Shown one piece after another: positions 24,670 to 34,226 of a DNA stretch of 35,236 nucleotides. Made by a program: the position numbers and the translations under genes. The DNA lies in the NCBI GenBank assembly GCA_041177245.1, contig JBEDBL010000003.1, positions 1-35,236 of the forward strand, in the 5' to 3' direction. Each line of letters begins with the position of its first letter. The first letter of the stretch is position 1. The notes beneath the pieces are model-generated. The model did not search any database, was not told the origin of the DNA, and was given only the letters and a program-made list of their open reading frames with translations. This stretch comes from Verrucomicrobiota bacterium. Lineage in GTDB: Bacteria > Verrucomicrobiota > Verrucomicrobiia > Chthoniobacterales > JACTMZ01.

Positions 24670-26547
24670 TTAGTGCCCGTTGGAGCCGTTTGCACCGGCA
24701 CCTCGCGGCTCGAATTCCTCGCGGAACTTCCCGACGAAACTCTGCGTCGGCCAAGAGCAGGCCTCCCCGAAGGCGCACACCGTCCGCCCGGCGATGTTGT
24801 CCGCAATGCCAACGAGTTGCTTGGCGTCGGTCGGTTTTATGTCGCCGTGGAGCATGCGCGTGGTCACTTTGGACATCCACAAACTGCCTTCGCGGCAAGG
24901 TGTGCATTGGCCGCAGCTTTCGTGCGCGTAGAAATCGTTGATGTTGTTGAGAACCCAGAGCATGTCGCGCGAATCGTCGAGGATCATGACACCGGCGCTG
25001 CCGATCATGGATCCCGCCAGGGCGAGCGAGTTGGCGTCCATGACGACGTCCATCAAACCGACCTCGACCGTTGTCTCGGCGCCGTCGGGCCCTTTACGCT
25101 TCATTTTGAATGTTTCGCCGGCGCGCAAAACTTTCGCCGAACTTCCGCCGGGGATGATCGCTTTGAGTTTGCGTCCCGGCTTCATCCCGCCGCAAAGGTC
25201 GATCAACTGGCCGACTGTGACCTGTCCGCATCCCAGTTCGTAGAAATCGGGGTTCTGCACGTCGCCGCTGATGCAAAGCGTGCGCGTGCCACCGTCTCCC
25301 GGCGAACCGAGTTTGGCGAATTCGGCGCCGCCCATGGCGATGATGTGTTTCACGTGGCAGAGGGTTTCCACGTTGTTGACGATGGTCGGACAGTTGTAGA
25401 GGCCGAATACCGCGGGGAAATAAGGCGGCTTGATGCGGGGGTAGGGACGTTTGCCTTCGAGCGATTCGAGCAGGCTCGTCTCCTCGCCGCAAATATAGGC
25501 GCCTGCGCCCTGGTGCACATAGATGTCGCAATCGAAGCCGGAGCCGAGGACGTTTTTGCCGATGAGTCCGCGCTCGCGTGCTTCGGCGATGGCCTTGGTG
25601 ACGATGCGTGCTGCTTCGGGGAATTCGCACCGGATGTAGATGTAGCTGAGGTGCACATTGAGCGCCCAGGCGGCGATCATCATGCCTTCGAGCAACTGGT
25701 GCGGGTCCTCGTGCAGGATGTAGCGGTCTTTGAAAGTGCCCGGCTCCGACTCGTCGCCGTTGACTACGAGATAATGCGGCTTTCCGTCCTCGCGTTTGAT
25801 GAAACTCCACTTCACGCCGCATGGGAATCCGGCGCCGCCGCGGCCGCGCAAGTTCGAGGCTTTAACTTCGGCCACGATGTCGTCCGGCTTCATCTGCAGC
25901 GCCTTTTTCAGAGACTCGTATCCGCCGTGGCGCACGTAGCAATCGATCGAGGTATCGTAGTCCTCGCGCCCGACGTTCCGGAGGATCAGCCTCCGTTCCG
26001 AGGAATGCGGCGCGCGGACCGTTTTACGGTAGCCTGTATCACGCCCGAGCAACGATGCCGCGTCGTCCGGTGCGATGCGTTCATGGAGATCGTCGCCGAC
26101 CATGGCCACGGGCGCGCTGCCGCAGCTGGCCAGACACTCGACGAATTCGATGGTGCAGCTTCCGTCTGAAGCGGTGAACTCGTGCGCGTGGTCGTCGTGT
26201 CCGCCGTTCCCGCCAGCCGCGCGGCAAAGGTTTTTGTGCAGCTCGTAGGACCCCGCCATGGCGCAGGAGAGCGTGCGGCAGACGCGGATGACTTTTTTTC
26301 CGGGGGGCGTCTGGCGGAACCACGGATAGAAGGTGACCAGCTCGAGGATGTTGATCGGCTCGAGCTCGAGACGCCGCGCGATCCAGTCGACGCCGCTGTC
26401 GTCCACGTAGCCGAAATGGTTCTGCCAGAGGTGGAGCAGGGGGAGGGAGGCGCTTCTTTTGGAGACGGGATAGTGGGTGACCGCCTCGTCGATGGCGGCC
26501 AGAAGCCCTTGTGGCAGGTTGTCGGCTTGGCGGGACGCGTTGGTCAT
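24670..26547 (-). CDS. nuoF: Fused NADH-quinone oxidoreductase subunits E and F (NuoE-NuoF)
   Basis: NuoE part: SASLPLLH, VTFY, CRTLSC, CLASC. NuoF part: LRGRGGAGF, NGDESEPGTFKD, GAGAYICGEETSLLESLEG, CGQCTPCREG, VCAFG. One continuous frame; likely start is ATG at 26547. Confidence 0.92.
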   Translation of the reverse strand: MTNASRQADNLPQGLLAAIDEAVTHYPVSKRSASLPLLHLWQNHFGYVDDSGVDWIARRLELEPINILELVTFYPWFRQTPPGKKVIRVCRTLSCAMAGSYELHKNLCRAAGGNGGHDDHAHEFTASDGSCTIEFVECLASCGSAPVAMVGDDLHERIAPDDAASLLGRDTGYRKTVRAPHSSERRLILRNVGREDYDTSIDCYVRHGGYESLKKALQMKPDDIVAEVKASNLRGRGGAGFPCGVKWSFIKREDGKPHYLVVNGDESEPGTFKDRYILHEDPHQLLEGMMIAAWALNVHLSYIYIRCEFPEAARIVTKAIAEARERGLIGKNVLGSGFDCDIYVHQGAGAYICGEETSLLESLEGKRPYPRIKPPYFPAVFGLYNCPTIVNNVETLCHVKHIIAMGGAEFAKLGSPGDGGTRTLCISGDVQNPDFYELGCGQVTVGQLIDLCGGMKPGRKLKAIIPGGSSAKVLRAGETFKMKRKGPDGAETTVEVGLMDVVMDANSLALAGSMIGSAGVMILDDSRDMLWVLNNINDFYAHESCGQCTPCREGSLWMSKVTTRMLHGDIKPTDAKQLVGIADNIAGRTVCAFGEACSWPTQSFVGKFREEFEPRGAGANGSNGH

Positions 26548-26674
26548 GAACGGCAATTAGTCCTTCAAGGATACGCCCTCTTCAAGAAAAACGATGCTTT
26601 GGCCGGTCCTGCCGCACTTGCCAGCCCTCGGAGGGTCTGCGAGAATACTAGGGAACGAAAGAAATGATCCAACT

Positions 26675-26974
26675 ATGAGCGAAAAGACATCACACGAACC
26701 GAAAGATAAATTCCAGAGCGGCAAAACGCACGCCGCAGAAGCTGCCCGTGAGTTCCGCGAAGCCGCGACGGCCAAGGCACAAGATCTCCGCGAGACGCTC
26801 ACCGAGCGTGCCGGCGAATACCGCGACCGCGCCAACCGCGCATGGTCTGATACCACCGTGCGTGCGCGCAGCCTTCAGGAGGACGGCGAAGACTATATCC
26901 GCGAGAATCCCCTGCAGGCCGTCGGAGTTGCGCTGGCTGCGGGATTTGTCCTCGGCTTGATCCTGCGTCGCTGA
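26675..26974 (+). CDS. ElaB/YqjD/DUF883 family tail-anchored protein
   Basis: Charged helical body ending YIRENPLQAVGVALAAGFVLGLILRR; likely start is ATG at 26675. Confidence 0.88.
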   Translation: MSEKTSHEPKDKFQSGKTHAAEAAREFREAATAKAQDLRETLTERAGEYRDRANRAWSDTTVRARSLQEDGEDYIRENPLQAVGVALAAGFVLGLILRR

Positions 26975-26985
26975 CCGGACACAAG

Positions 26986-27390
26986 ATGCATCCGTCACTC
27001 GGCGCGGACCGACCGGCGGCGCCGGAGCCGCCCGGGCTCTCCGCCGCGGCCTCCGAGTTTTCGTCGTCGGCTGTCCGTTTCTTGCGCGCATTGACCGGAC
27101 TGTTCGGTCTTGAGATGCGCGAGTCGGGATGGCAAGCGCTGGTTCTTACAGCTTTGGCGCTCGGTCTTCTGCTCGCGCTTGTCTTCGGTTACATTTTTCT
27201 CCTGCTGGCTGCGGGGCTGGCCGTCGTCAAAGCTTTCGGGGCCGGATTGATTCCCACGCTCCTCATGCTCGGTTTGCTGCACGTTTTTGCGGCCATTGTG
27301 CTGGTTCTGGTGCTGCGCTCGCGCGTCAAACGCCCGCTTTTCCCGGGGACACGCGAAGCTGTGCGGCGCGAGGTGGAACGTCTCTCATGA
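26986..27390 (+). CDS. YqjE-like two-TM membrane protein ('phage holin' 3_6 family)
   Basis: LFGLEMRE, two long hydrophobic segments, FPGTREAVRRE tail; lies directly after the DUF883 gene as in yqjDEK. Confidence 0.7.
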   Translation: MHPSLGADRPAAPEPPGLSAAASEFSSSAVRFLRALTGLFGLEMRESGWQALVLTALALGLLLALVFGYIFLLLAAGLAVVKAFGAGLIPTLLMLGLLHVFAAIVLVLVLRSRVKRPLFPGTREAVRREVERLS

Positions 27391-27719
27391 ACCGGGAGGA
27401 TTACCTGCGCGAACTCGAGTCCGCCGGCCATGAACTCCGGCGGAGCGGAAGGAATTTTGCCTCCGCGGCCAACCCCGTCAACCAGCTGCGTCATGGCGTG
27501 GCGCACGAGTGGAAGTGGTGGTTGCCTGGCGCTTCGGTTGCCGGGTTCGCCCTCGCGCGCATTTTGCGCCGCCCGCCGTTGAAATCGAGCATCGGCAAGC
27601 AAGATGCCGCAAAAACGGGTGCCGCTTTCTGGGTCCCAACCTTGATCAAGTTGCTTCCGACCGTCACGGCGCAGTTGGTTCCGCTTTTTTTGAGTTTGCG
27701 CTCGGGGCGCAAGCCGTAG
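27387..27719 (+). CDS. YqjK-like small membrane-associated protein
   Basis: ATGA-coupled start MNREDYLRELESAGHEL, central WKWWLPGASVAGFALAR segment; third gene of the triad. Confidence 0.55.
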   Translation: MNREDYLRELESAGHELRRSGRNFASAANPVNQLRHGVAHEWKWWLPGASVAGFALARILRRPPLKSSIGKQDAAKTGAAFWVPTLIKLLPTVTAQLVPLFLSLRSGRKP

Positions 27720-27737
27720 AAATCTTCCCGTTCCGTC

Positions 27738-28868
27738 GTGTCTGCCGTCCCCGAACATTCTGCCGTCGAAGTCGTCGAGGATCACTCTTCCGCCGTCCAT
27801 GCCCTCCACCATGTGGATCAATACCTTGCCATCGGCAAGGAGTCGGGCGCTTCGGATATCCATCTGACCGTGAACCTGCGGCCCACTTGGCGCCGCTTCG
27901 GAACGCTTGAACCCATCTGGTTGCAGGCGGACAAACTCAGTGCGGCGGATACCGAGAGGCTCGCCATGGGTTTCCTCGATGACGCGCAGAAAAAACTCCT
28001 GGAGGAGCGGGGCGATGTCGATTTTGCATACACCAACTCCGAGGGTCGATACCGCACGAGCGTGGTGCGTCATCGCCTCGGCTACGATCTTGTTTTCCGC
28101 ATCATCCAGACCAATGTCCGCACGATGGATGATCTCGGTCTGCCGCCCCAACTGAAGCTTCTCACGCAATACCAGAACGGCTTGGTGCTGGTCACCGGTT
28201 CGGTCGGAAGCGGCAAAAGCACGACTTTGGCCTCGTTGGTGGAGGAAGTGAACCGGACGCGTCACGAACACATCATCACTCTCGAAGACCCCATCGAGTA
28301 TCTCTTCACCCCGCAGGGCTGCCAGGTGAACCAGCGCGAGGTGCACACGCACACCGAGTCGTTCGGCGCGGCGCTGCGCGGGGCTTTGCGCGAAGACCCG
28401 GATGTCATCATGGTGGGCGAAATGCGCGACCTCGAGACGATCTCGCTGGCCATCACGGCGTCGGAGACGGGCCACCTTGTGCTCGGCACGCTGCACACGG
28501 CGAACGCCGCCCGAACGCTCGACCGTTTGCTCGACGTGTTTCCGGTCGACCAACGAGAGCAGATTCGCATCATGGTGAGCGAATCTTTGCGCGGAATCAT
28601 CTCGCAGCAACTTGTCCCGCGAGCCGACGGAATGGGTCGCGCTCTGGCCATCGAAATCCTCGTGAATACCCCGGCCGTGGCGAACGTTATCCGCGAGGCG
28701 AAGACTTTCATGTTGCCGGGTATCATCCAGACCGGGAAGAAAATGGGAATGAAGCTGATGGATGATTCGTTAGCCGAACTTTTTGGAGCAGGTCTCATTT
28801 CCGGAGACGAGGCCGTCGCGCGCGCCGAACAAAAACCCGCCATGAAACAACTTTGCGGGGTCGCCTGA
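27738..28868 (+). CDS. pilT: PilT/PilU family type IV pilus ATPase 1
   Basis: ASDIHL, GSVGSGKST, EDPIE, ALREDPDVIMVGEMRD, GTLHT, AVANVIRE. Confidence 0.88.
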   Translation: MSAVPEHSAVEVVEDHSSAVHALHHVDQYLAIGKESGASDIHLTVNLRPTWRRFGTLEPIWLQADKLSAADTERLAMGFLDDAQKKLLEERGDVDFAYTNSEGRYRTSVVRHRLGYDLVFRIIQTNVRTMDDLGLPPQLKLLTQYQNGLVLVTGSVGSGKSTTLASLVEEVNRTRHEHIITLEDPIEYLFTPQGCQVNQREVHTHTESFGAALRGALREDPDVIMVGEMRDLETISLAITASETGHLVLGTLHTANAARTLDRLLDVFPVDQREQIRIMVSESLRGIISQQLVPRADGMGRALAIEILVNTPAVANVIREAKTFMLPGIIQTGKKMGMKLMDDSLAELFGAGLISGDEAVARAEQKPAMKQLCGVA

Positions 28869-28872
28869 TCCC

Positions 28873-29970
28873 ATGTCTCGAATCGACCAACTTTTCGAGG
28901 TTTTGATCAACGCGCGCGCGTCCGATCTTCACTTGGCCGAGGGGCAGCCTCCGAAGATTCGCCGGCACGGCGATGTGATCGCCATCCGTGAGGAATTGCT
29001 GACTGCGGACGAGATGAATTACATGCTCAGCGAGATCTGCACGCCGAAAAACTGGGAACGATTCCAGGCCAAGGGTGACCTCGATTTCGCCTACGAGATG
29101 AACGAGGACAGCCGCTTCCGCTGCAACTACTTCAAGCAGGTGCACGGGCTTGGCGCGGTCTTCCGTCTGATCCCGACGCGCATCGCCACGATCGACGAAC
29201 TTGGTCTTCCGCCGGTCATCAAGGAATTCGGTCACCTGCGCGGCGGGCTTGTTCTTGTCACCGGTCCGACGGGATCGGGCAAAAGTACTTCGCTGGCCGC
29301 GCTCATCGACTATATCAACAGCAATTTTTCGCGCCACATCGTGACGATCGAGGAACCGATCGAGTTCGTGCACTCGAACAAAAACAGCATCATCACCCAG
29401 CGCGAGGTTCCGGAGCATTCCACGACCTTTCCCGCCGGGCTGAAAGCCGCGCTCCGCGAGGACAGCGACATCGTGCTCGTCGGCGAGATGCGCGATCTGG
29501 AAACCATCTCGCTGGCGCTGACCGCCGCCGAAACCGGTTTGCTCGTGTTCGGAACGTTGCACACGAACAACGCGCGCAAAACAGTCGACCGTATGATCGA
29601 TGTGTTTCCTTCCGACCAGCAGGCGCAGGTTCGCACCATGCTCGCAGCCTCGCTGCGCGGGGTGGTCGCGCAGCTCCTCCTCAAGCGGCATGACGGCGGC
29701 GGCCGCATAGCGGTGAATGAAATCCTCGTGGTCAACAGCGCGGTGGCGGCGATCATCCGCGAAGGTGCCACGCAAAAACTGCAGGATGCAATCGTGGGTG
29801 GAAAGTCTCAGGGTATGCAGTTCATGGACGATGCGATTTGGGCCCAGCTTCAGCAGGGCCGCGTCTCGCCCCACGAGGCTTTCATGAAGGCCATCGACAA
29901 GAGCCGCTTCAAGGCCTTCCTGCCGGAGGAGGAAGCGCAGTTGGCCAATTCGGCCGGGGCTGCCGCGTAG
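28873..29970 (+). CDS. pilT: PilT/PilU family type IV pilus ATPase 2
   Basis: ASDLHL, RFRCNYF, GPTGSGKST, EEPIE, ALREDSDIVLVGEMRD, GTLHT, AVAAIIRE. Confidence 0.9.
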   Translation: MSRIDQLFEVLINARASDLHLAEGQPPKIRRHGDVIAIREELLTADEMNYMLSEICTPKNWERFQAKGDLDFAYEMNEDSRFRCNYFKQVHGLGAVFRLIPTRIATIDELGLPPVIKEFGHLRGGLVLVTGPTGSGKSTSLAALIDYINSNFSRHIVTIEEPIEFVHSNKNSIITQREVPEHSTTFPAGLKAALREDSDIVLVGEMRDLETISLALTAAETGLLVFGTLHTNNARKTVDRMIDVFPSDQQAQVRTMLAASLRGVVAQLLLKRHDGGGRIAVNEILVVNSAVAAIIREGATQKLQDAIVGGKSQGMQFMDDAIWAQLQQGRVSPHEAFMKAIDKSRFKAFLPEEEAQLANSAGAAA

Positions 29971-30045
29971 CTCTGCTTTTCGTCCCTTGCCGCGGGCGCT
30001 CCGGCCCGATATTTGTTGCCGCCCGCAGGAATTCGTCTGCATCGC

Positions 30046-32250
30046 ATGAAACCGACTGTCCCCGCCGAAGAACTGGCGGCCTTTCTCGAGGCCCGGCACG
30101 GCGATCCGTTCCACACCCTCGGCATGCGGTGCGTGCGGGATTTCACGGTCGTGCGAGTTTTCCGCCCGGACTGCGCCTCAGTCCAAGTGGTGGATGCCAC
30201 CAACCGTGCCCGCGTCTTTGCGGCGGCGAAAATCCACGCGGACGGATTTTTCGAGGCGGTGCTTCCCAAGGGGAGCAGCGAGTTTCCCTACCTGCTGAAG
30301 CTGAGGAGCCACGGCGGTGACGAGTGGGAGCAACGCGACCCTTATTCTTTCAGGCGCGTTCTCGGTGAAATGGACGTTCACCTTTATGCCGAGGGCAACC
30401 ATTGGGACATCTACCGGAAATTGGGCGCCCACTTGTGCGCGGTGGAAGGTGTGACCGGTGTCAGCTTCAGCGTGTGGGCGCCGAATGCTCAGCGCGTTAG
30501 CGTGGTGAGCGATTTCAACAACTGGGACGGCCGTGTGCACGTAATGCGCAAGTTGCTCGGCAGCGGCATCTGGGAAATTTTCATACCCGGCATAGAGGAG
30601 GGTGCGCATTACAAATTCGAAATCAAAGGGTGCCACGGGGATGTTGTCCTCAAAAGCGATCCATTCGCGTTCTACGGCCAGCATGGATTGCAGACGGCTT
30701 CCATCGTTTACGACCTCGACCGCTTCCAATGGTCGGACGGGGGATGGATGGAATACCGCGCCAAGCAGGCATGGCACAAAAAGCCGGTCAGCATCTACGA
30801 GGTTCACCTCGGTTCATGGCAACGCATGGCGGAAGACAACAACCGCCCCCTCAGCTACATCGAGCTTTCGCACCGCCTGATTCCCTACTGCCTCGAGATG
30901 GGATTCACCCACATCGAACTCATGCCGGTGGCCGAGCATCCGTTCGACGGTTCATGGGGATACCAGGTAGCGGGCTATTACGCGCCGACGAGCCGGTTCG
31001 GCAACCCCGACGAGTTCCGTCATTTCGTCGACAATTGCCACAAAGCCGGTATCGGCGTGATCCTCGATTGGGTGCCGGCGCATTTCCCGAAAGACGCACA
31101 CGGGTTGGCGAATTTCGACGGCACACACCTTTACGAGCATTCTGATCCGCGTCAGGGCGAACATCGCGACTGGGGAACCTACATTTTCAACTACGGGCGC
31201 AACGAAGTGCGGAATTTCCTCATCGCCAACGCGCTTTTCTGGTTCGAGCAATACCACATCGACGGCGTGCGGGTGGATGCGGTCGCGTCGATGCTTTACC
31301 TCGACTACTCGCGCGAGGGCGGGCAGTGGGTGCCCAACTGCTACGGAGGACGGGAAAACCTGGAAGCAATTTATTTCCTCAAGCGTTTCAACGAACTGAG
31401 CTACGAGCGTTTCCCCGGGATCATCACCATCGCTGAGGAGTCGACGGCTTGGCCGGGTGTCTCGCGTCCGACGTATCTCGGCGGGCTCGGCTTCGGCTTC
31501 AAGTGGAACATGGGATGGATGCACGACTTCCTCCACTACATGAGCCTCGACCCGATTTACCGGCGCTATCACCAGGGCAGCATCACCTTCTCGCTGCTCT
31601 ACGCGTTCCATGAGCATTTCATCCTCGTGCTCAGCCACGACGAGGTGGTGCACGGCAAGGGGGCTTTGCTCGGCAAAATGCCCGGCGACATGTGGCAGAA
31701 GTTCGCCAACCTGCGCATGCTCTATGGTCTCATGTGGGCCCACCCCGGGAAAAAACTTTTGTTCCAAGGCGGCGAATTCGGCCAGTGGGACGAATGGCGT
31801 TACAACCAGAGCCTTGACTGGCACCTCACTCAGTTTCCGCATCATGCCGGCCTTTCCCGCCTCGTTCAGCACCTCAACGACATCTACAAAAATTATCCAG
31901 CCTTCTACGAATTGGATGACACCGACGCGGGCTTCGAGTGGATCGATTTCCATGACTCGGACAACAGCGTGGTCGCCTTCCTGCGCCGCTCGGTCAGTGG
32001 ACAGAGTATTTTGTTTGTCATGAATGCCACACCTGTGGTCCGAGGGGGCTACCGGATTGGCGTGCCGTCTGCCGGTTTTTATCGGGAAATCCTCAACACG
32101 GACGCCGAAACCTATGGCGGCAGCAACGTGGGCAACCGCGGCGGCCTAACTTCAGAGGCCACCCCTTGGCAGGGCCGTGAGCACTCGATCATGGTTGAAC
32201 TTCCTCCGCTGGGTTTGGTGGGCTTTGTGCTCGAGGGAGAGAAATTATAA
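30046..32250 (+). CDS. glgB: 1,4-alpha-glucan branching enzyme
   Basis: [50 protein letters not shown]; likely start is ATG at 30046. Confidence 0.97.
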   Translation: MKPTVPAEELAAFLEARHGDPFHTLGMRCVRDFTVVRVFRPDCASVQVVDATNRARVFAAAKIHADGFFEAVLPKGSSEFPYLLKLRSHGGDEWEQRDPYSFRRVLGEMDVHLYAEGNHWDIYRKLGAHLCAVEGVTGVSFSVWAPNAQRVSVVSDFNNWDGRVHVMRKLLGSGIWEIFIPGIEEGAHYKFEIKGCHGDVVLKSDPFAFYGQHGLQTASIVYDLDRFQWSDGGWMEYRAKQAWHKKPVSIYEVHLGSWQRMAEDNNRPLSYIELSHRLIPYCLEMGFTHIELMPVAEHPFDGSWGYQVAGYYAPTSRFGNPDEFRHFVDNCHKAGIGVILDWVPAHFPKDAHGLANFDGTHLYEHSDPRQGEHRDWGTYIFNYGRNEVRNFLIANALFWFEQYHIDGVRVDAVASMLYLDYSREGGQWVPNCYGGRENLEAIYFLKRFNELSYERFPGIITIAEESTAWPGVSRPTYLGGLGFGFKWNMGWMHDFLHYMSLDPIYRRYHQGSITFSLLYAFHEHFILVLSHDEVVHGKGALLGKMPGDMWQKFANLRMLYGLMWAHPGKKLLFQGGEFGQWDEWRYNQSLDWHLTQFPHHAGLSRLVQHLNDIYKNYPAFYELDDTDAGFEWIDFHDSDNSVVAFLRRSVSGQSILFVMNATPVVRGGYRIGVPSAGFYREILNTDAETYGGSNVGNRGGLTSEATPWQGREHSIMVELPPLGLVGFVLEGEKL

Positions 32251-32266
32251 GGCTGGATTTCTCCTG

Positions 32267-32294
32267 TTGACTTCCCCTGTTCCCGTGGTAAACC
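32267..32294 (+). promoter_or_regulatory. Possible sigma70-type promoter of the pilin gene
   Basis: TTGACT (32267-32272), 16 nt, then TAAACC preceded by TGG (extended -10-like). The -10 match is weak. Confidence 0.3.
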
Positions 32295-32307
32295 TTGAGT
32301 GCCTTTT

Positions 32308-32925
32308 ATGAAAAAGCCAAAAGCCTCCCTGCTCGCCTTCACCCTCATTGAATTGCTGGTGGTTATCTCCATCATCGCCATCCTCGCCGCGCTCGCTATT
32401 CCTTCGATTACTGGTGCCTTGGCTCGCGGTCAACAGACCCAAACACTGGCCAACATGAGACAGTTATTTACAGCAACCACCACAATGACTCTTGATGCTA
32501 AGAGCACTGGGGATACCAACATAGGATTCCCGGGCGAGTTGCCAAACCCAACTTGGGCCGGTTGGGTAGCCGCCATGGTTCCAGCTTACATTAGCACTAA
32601 CGACATGGCTAAATATCTCAGCGCTCCAGGCATATCAGTTACAACCAACTCTGATTTTGCTACATTGCAGCCTGGAGTTGCTAAATCTGGCAGGGCTATC
32701 ATTTTGTACAAAGTCGTGAGCACCAATCCTGGCACCACGGTTATGTTTACTTCTTCCAACTTTACGAACGCTCAAACTCTTACAACTCCATTATCGCCTG
32801 ACTCGTTACCCTATGGAGACAAGGGTTTCATAGTTTATCGCAAGGACAACACCTGTAATGTATTCCAAAAAGGCCAATCTACCAATGCAGGACTCATAGG
32901 TGACTTTGCCGAAGTCCAAAATTAA
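32308..32925 (+). CDS. Type IV pilin / pseudopilin with prepilin N-terminal cleavage-methylation domain
   Basis: Basic leader MKKPK, then A-FTLIELLVVISIIAILAALAIP (Glu5 present), followed by ARG...ANMRQL helix; variable AT-rich C-terminal domain. Confidence 0.88.
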   Translation: MKKPKASLLAFTLIELLVVISIIAILAALAIPSITGALARGQQTQTLANMRQLFTATTTMTLDAKSTGDTNIGFPGELPNPTWAGWVAAMVPAYISTNDMAKYLSAPGISVTTNSDFATLQPGVAKSGRAIILYKVVSTNPGTTVMFTSSNFTNAQTLTTPLSPDSLPYGDKGFIVYRKDNTCNVFQKGQSTNAGLIGDFAEVQN

Positions 32926-32937
32926 CTCAGTTTACTC

Positions 32938-33546
32938 CTAACAAGCTCCAAGTTCAGCGACCGCATCTAAGATGCGGTCGCTTGTTTTTTGGTAGATGTC
33001 TCGCTTCGAGATCTCTTCGGGTGGAAATTGAAGAGGTTTTCCAACCACGACAGAGATTGTCGCGCGTCGTGGGAATTTTCGGTTCCTTGGGAAGGCCTCA
33101 AAAGATCCGAAAATGCGCATCGGCGCCACGGGTGCACCAGTTTTTGCCACGATCATGCCGACTCCGGGTTGGGCCGCTTGGAGTCTGCCGTCGGCGCTGC
33201 GGGTGCCTTCCGGAAAAACCAAGATCGCTCCACCCGTGCGCACCACGCGGATAGCGGCCATCAGGGCGCTGCGGTCCGCATTTTTCTGATCCACCGGGAT
33301 GACATTGAGATCGGGAAAAACCGGTCCGACCACGGGCCAATCGAGGAGTGACTTGCGGGCGAGGTAGTGGATGGCGCGCTTGCAGGCTACACCCACCAGC
33401 GGGGGATCGAAGAAACTGCAATGATTCGCCGCAATGATGCACGGACCCTCCTCGATCATGTTCTCGGCACCGATCACTCGATAGCTGAAGAACGTTTTGG
33501 CGATGGCCTTGCTCAGCGAGTAACCGAGCAAATACCAGAAAGTCAT
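32938..33546 (-). CDS. plsC: 1-acyl-sn-glycerol-3-phosphate acyltransferase
   Basis: NHCSFFD (HxxxxD), LARKSL, VFPEGTRS. ATG at 33546 overlaps the cmk stop (33561 is an alternative start). Confidence 0.9.
   Translation of the reverse strand: MTFWYLLGYSLSKAIAKTFFSYRVIGAENMIEEGPCIIAANHCSFFDPPLVGVACKRAIHYLARKSLLDWPVVGPVFPDLNVIPVDQKNADRSALMAAIRVVRTGGAILVFPEGTRSADGRLQAAQPGVGMIVAKTGAPVAPMRIFGSFEAFPRNRKFPRRATISVVVGKPLQFPPEEISKRDIYQKTSDRILDAVAELGAC
32956..32990 (+). terminator. Intrinsic terminator of the pilin gene, embedded in the plsC coding end
   Basis: AGCGACCGCATC-TAA-GATGCGGTCGCT (12-bp perfect stem) followed by TGTTTTTT, 30 nt after the pilin stop. Confidence 0.7.
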
Positions 33547-34226
33547 CCTTTGCTGCTGCATAAAGCGGCCGAAAGACCTTGCGCGCGCAGTCTTTCGAGC
33601 ATGGCGCTGACCACTCCCTCGATGTCGAGGGCGGAGCTGTCGATGACCGTAGCTCCGGTTGCCACAGTTAACGGGTCCGTGCTGCGTGTGGAGTCGAGCA
33701 TGTCGCGCTTGGCAATTTCCTCGTTCTGGCCCTGATTGCGCCGCCGGCGTTGCCGGACCTGGGGGTGGGCATCGATGTAGAATTTGTAGGGCGATTCCGG
33801 AAACACAGCGGAACCGATATCGCGGCCTTCGATCACCGTCTGTCTGCCCTGCGCGTGCGCGCGGATGGCGGCCGAGAGAATGTAGCGGACGGCGGGCACT
33901 GCCGACACGGGCGAGACGTTGGCGTTCACCTCCGGATCGCGCAGATGCGCCCGCGCATCCTCTCCGTCGATTTTCGGATAGTGTTCGTTGCCTTGGTGCG
34001 CGACTTGGATTTTCGCGTTGCCGGCGGCTGTCGCCACCGTCGCAGGTTCGCGGCAATCGATGCCTTGCTTCAAGCAGCACCAAGTCATGGCGCGGTAGAG
34101 GTCACCCGAATTGAGAAAACGGTAACACAGGCGCTTGGCCAGTTCCCGTGCCACGGTGCTTTTGCCCGAGGCGGCGGGGCCGTCGATGGCGATGATGACC
34201 GTCTCCGGATGGGCGGCTTTATGCAT
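33543..34226 (-). CDS. cmk: Cytidylate kinase
   Basis: IAIDGPAASGKSTVA, NSGDLYRA, IEGRDIGSAVFP, RDMLDSTR, IDSS; start ATG at 34226 overlaps the aroA end. Confidence 0.93.
   Translation of the reverse strand: MHKAAHPETVIIAIDGPAASGKSTVARELAKRLCYRFLNSGDLYRAMTWCCLKQGIDCREPATVATAAGNAKIQVAHQGNEHYPKIDGEDARAHLRDPEVNANVSPVSAVPAVRYILSAAIRAHAQGRQTVIEGRDIGSAVFPESPYKFYIDAHPQVRQRRRRNQGQNEEIAKRDMLDSTRSTDPLTVATGATVIDSSALDIEGVVSAMLERLRAQGLSAALCSSKG

Noticed and set aside
26986-27390. Prophage remnant suggested by a 'phage holin'-like gene
   Set aside because: The context is the chromosomal yqjD/E/K-like triad, with no endolysin, integrase or structural phage genes.
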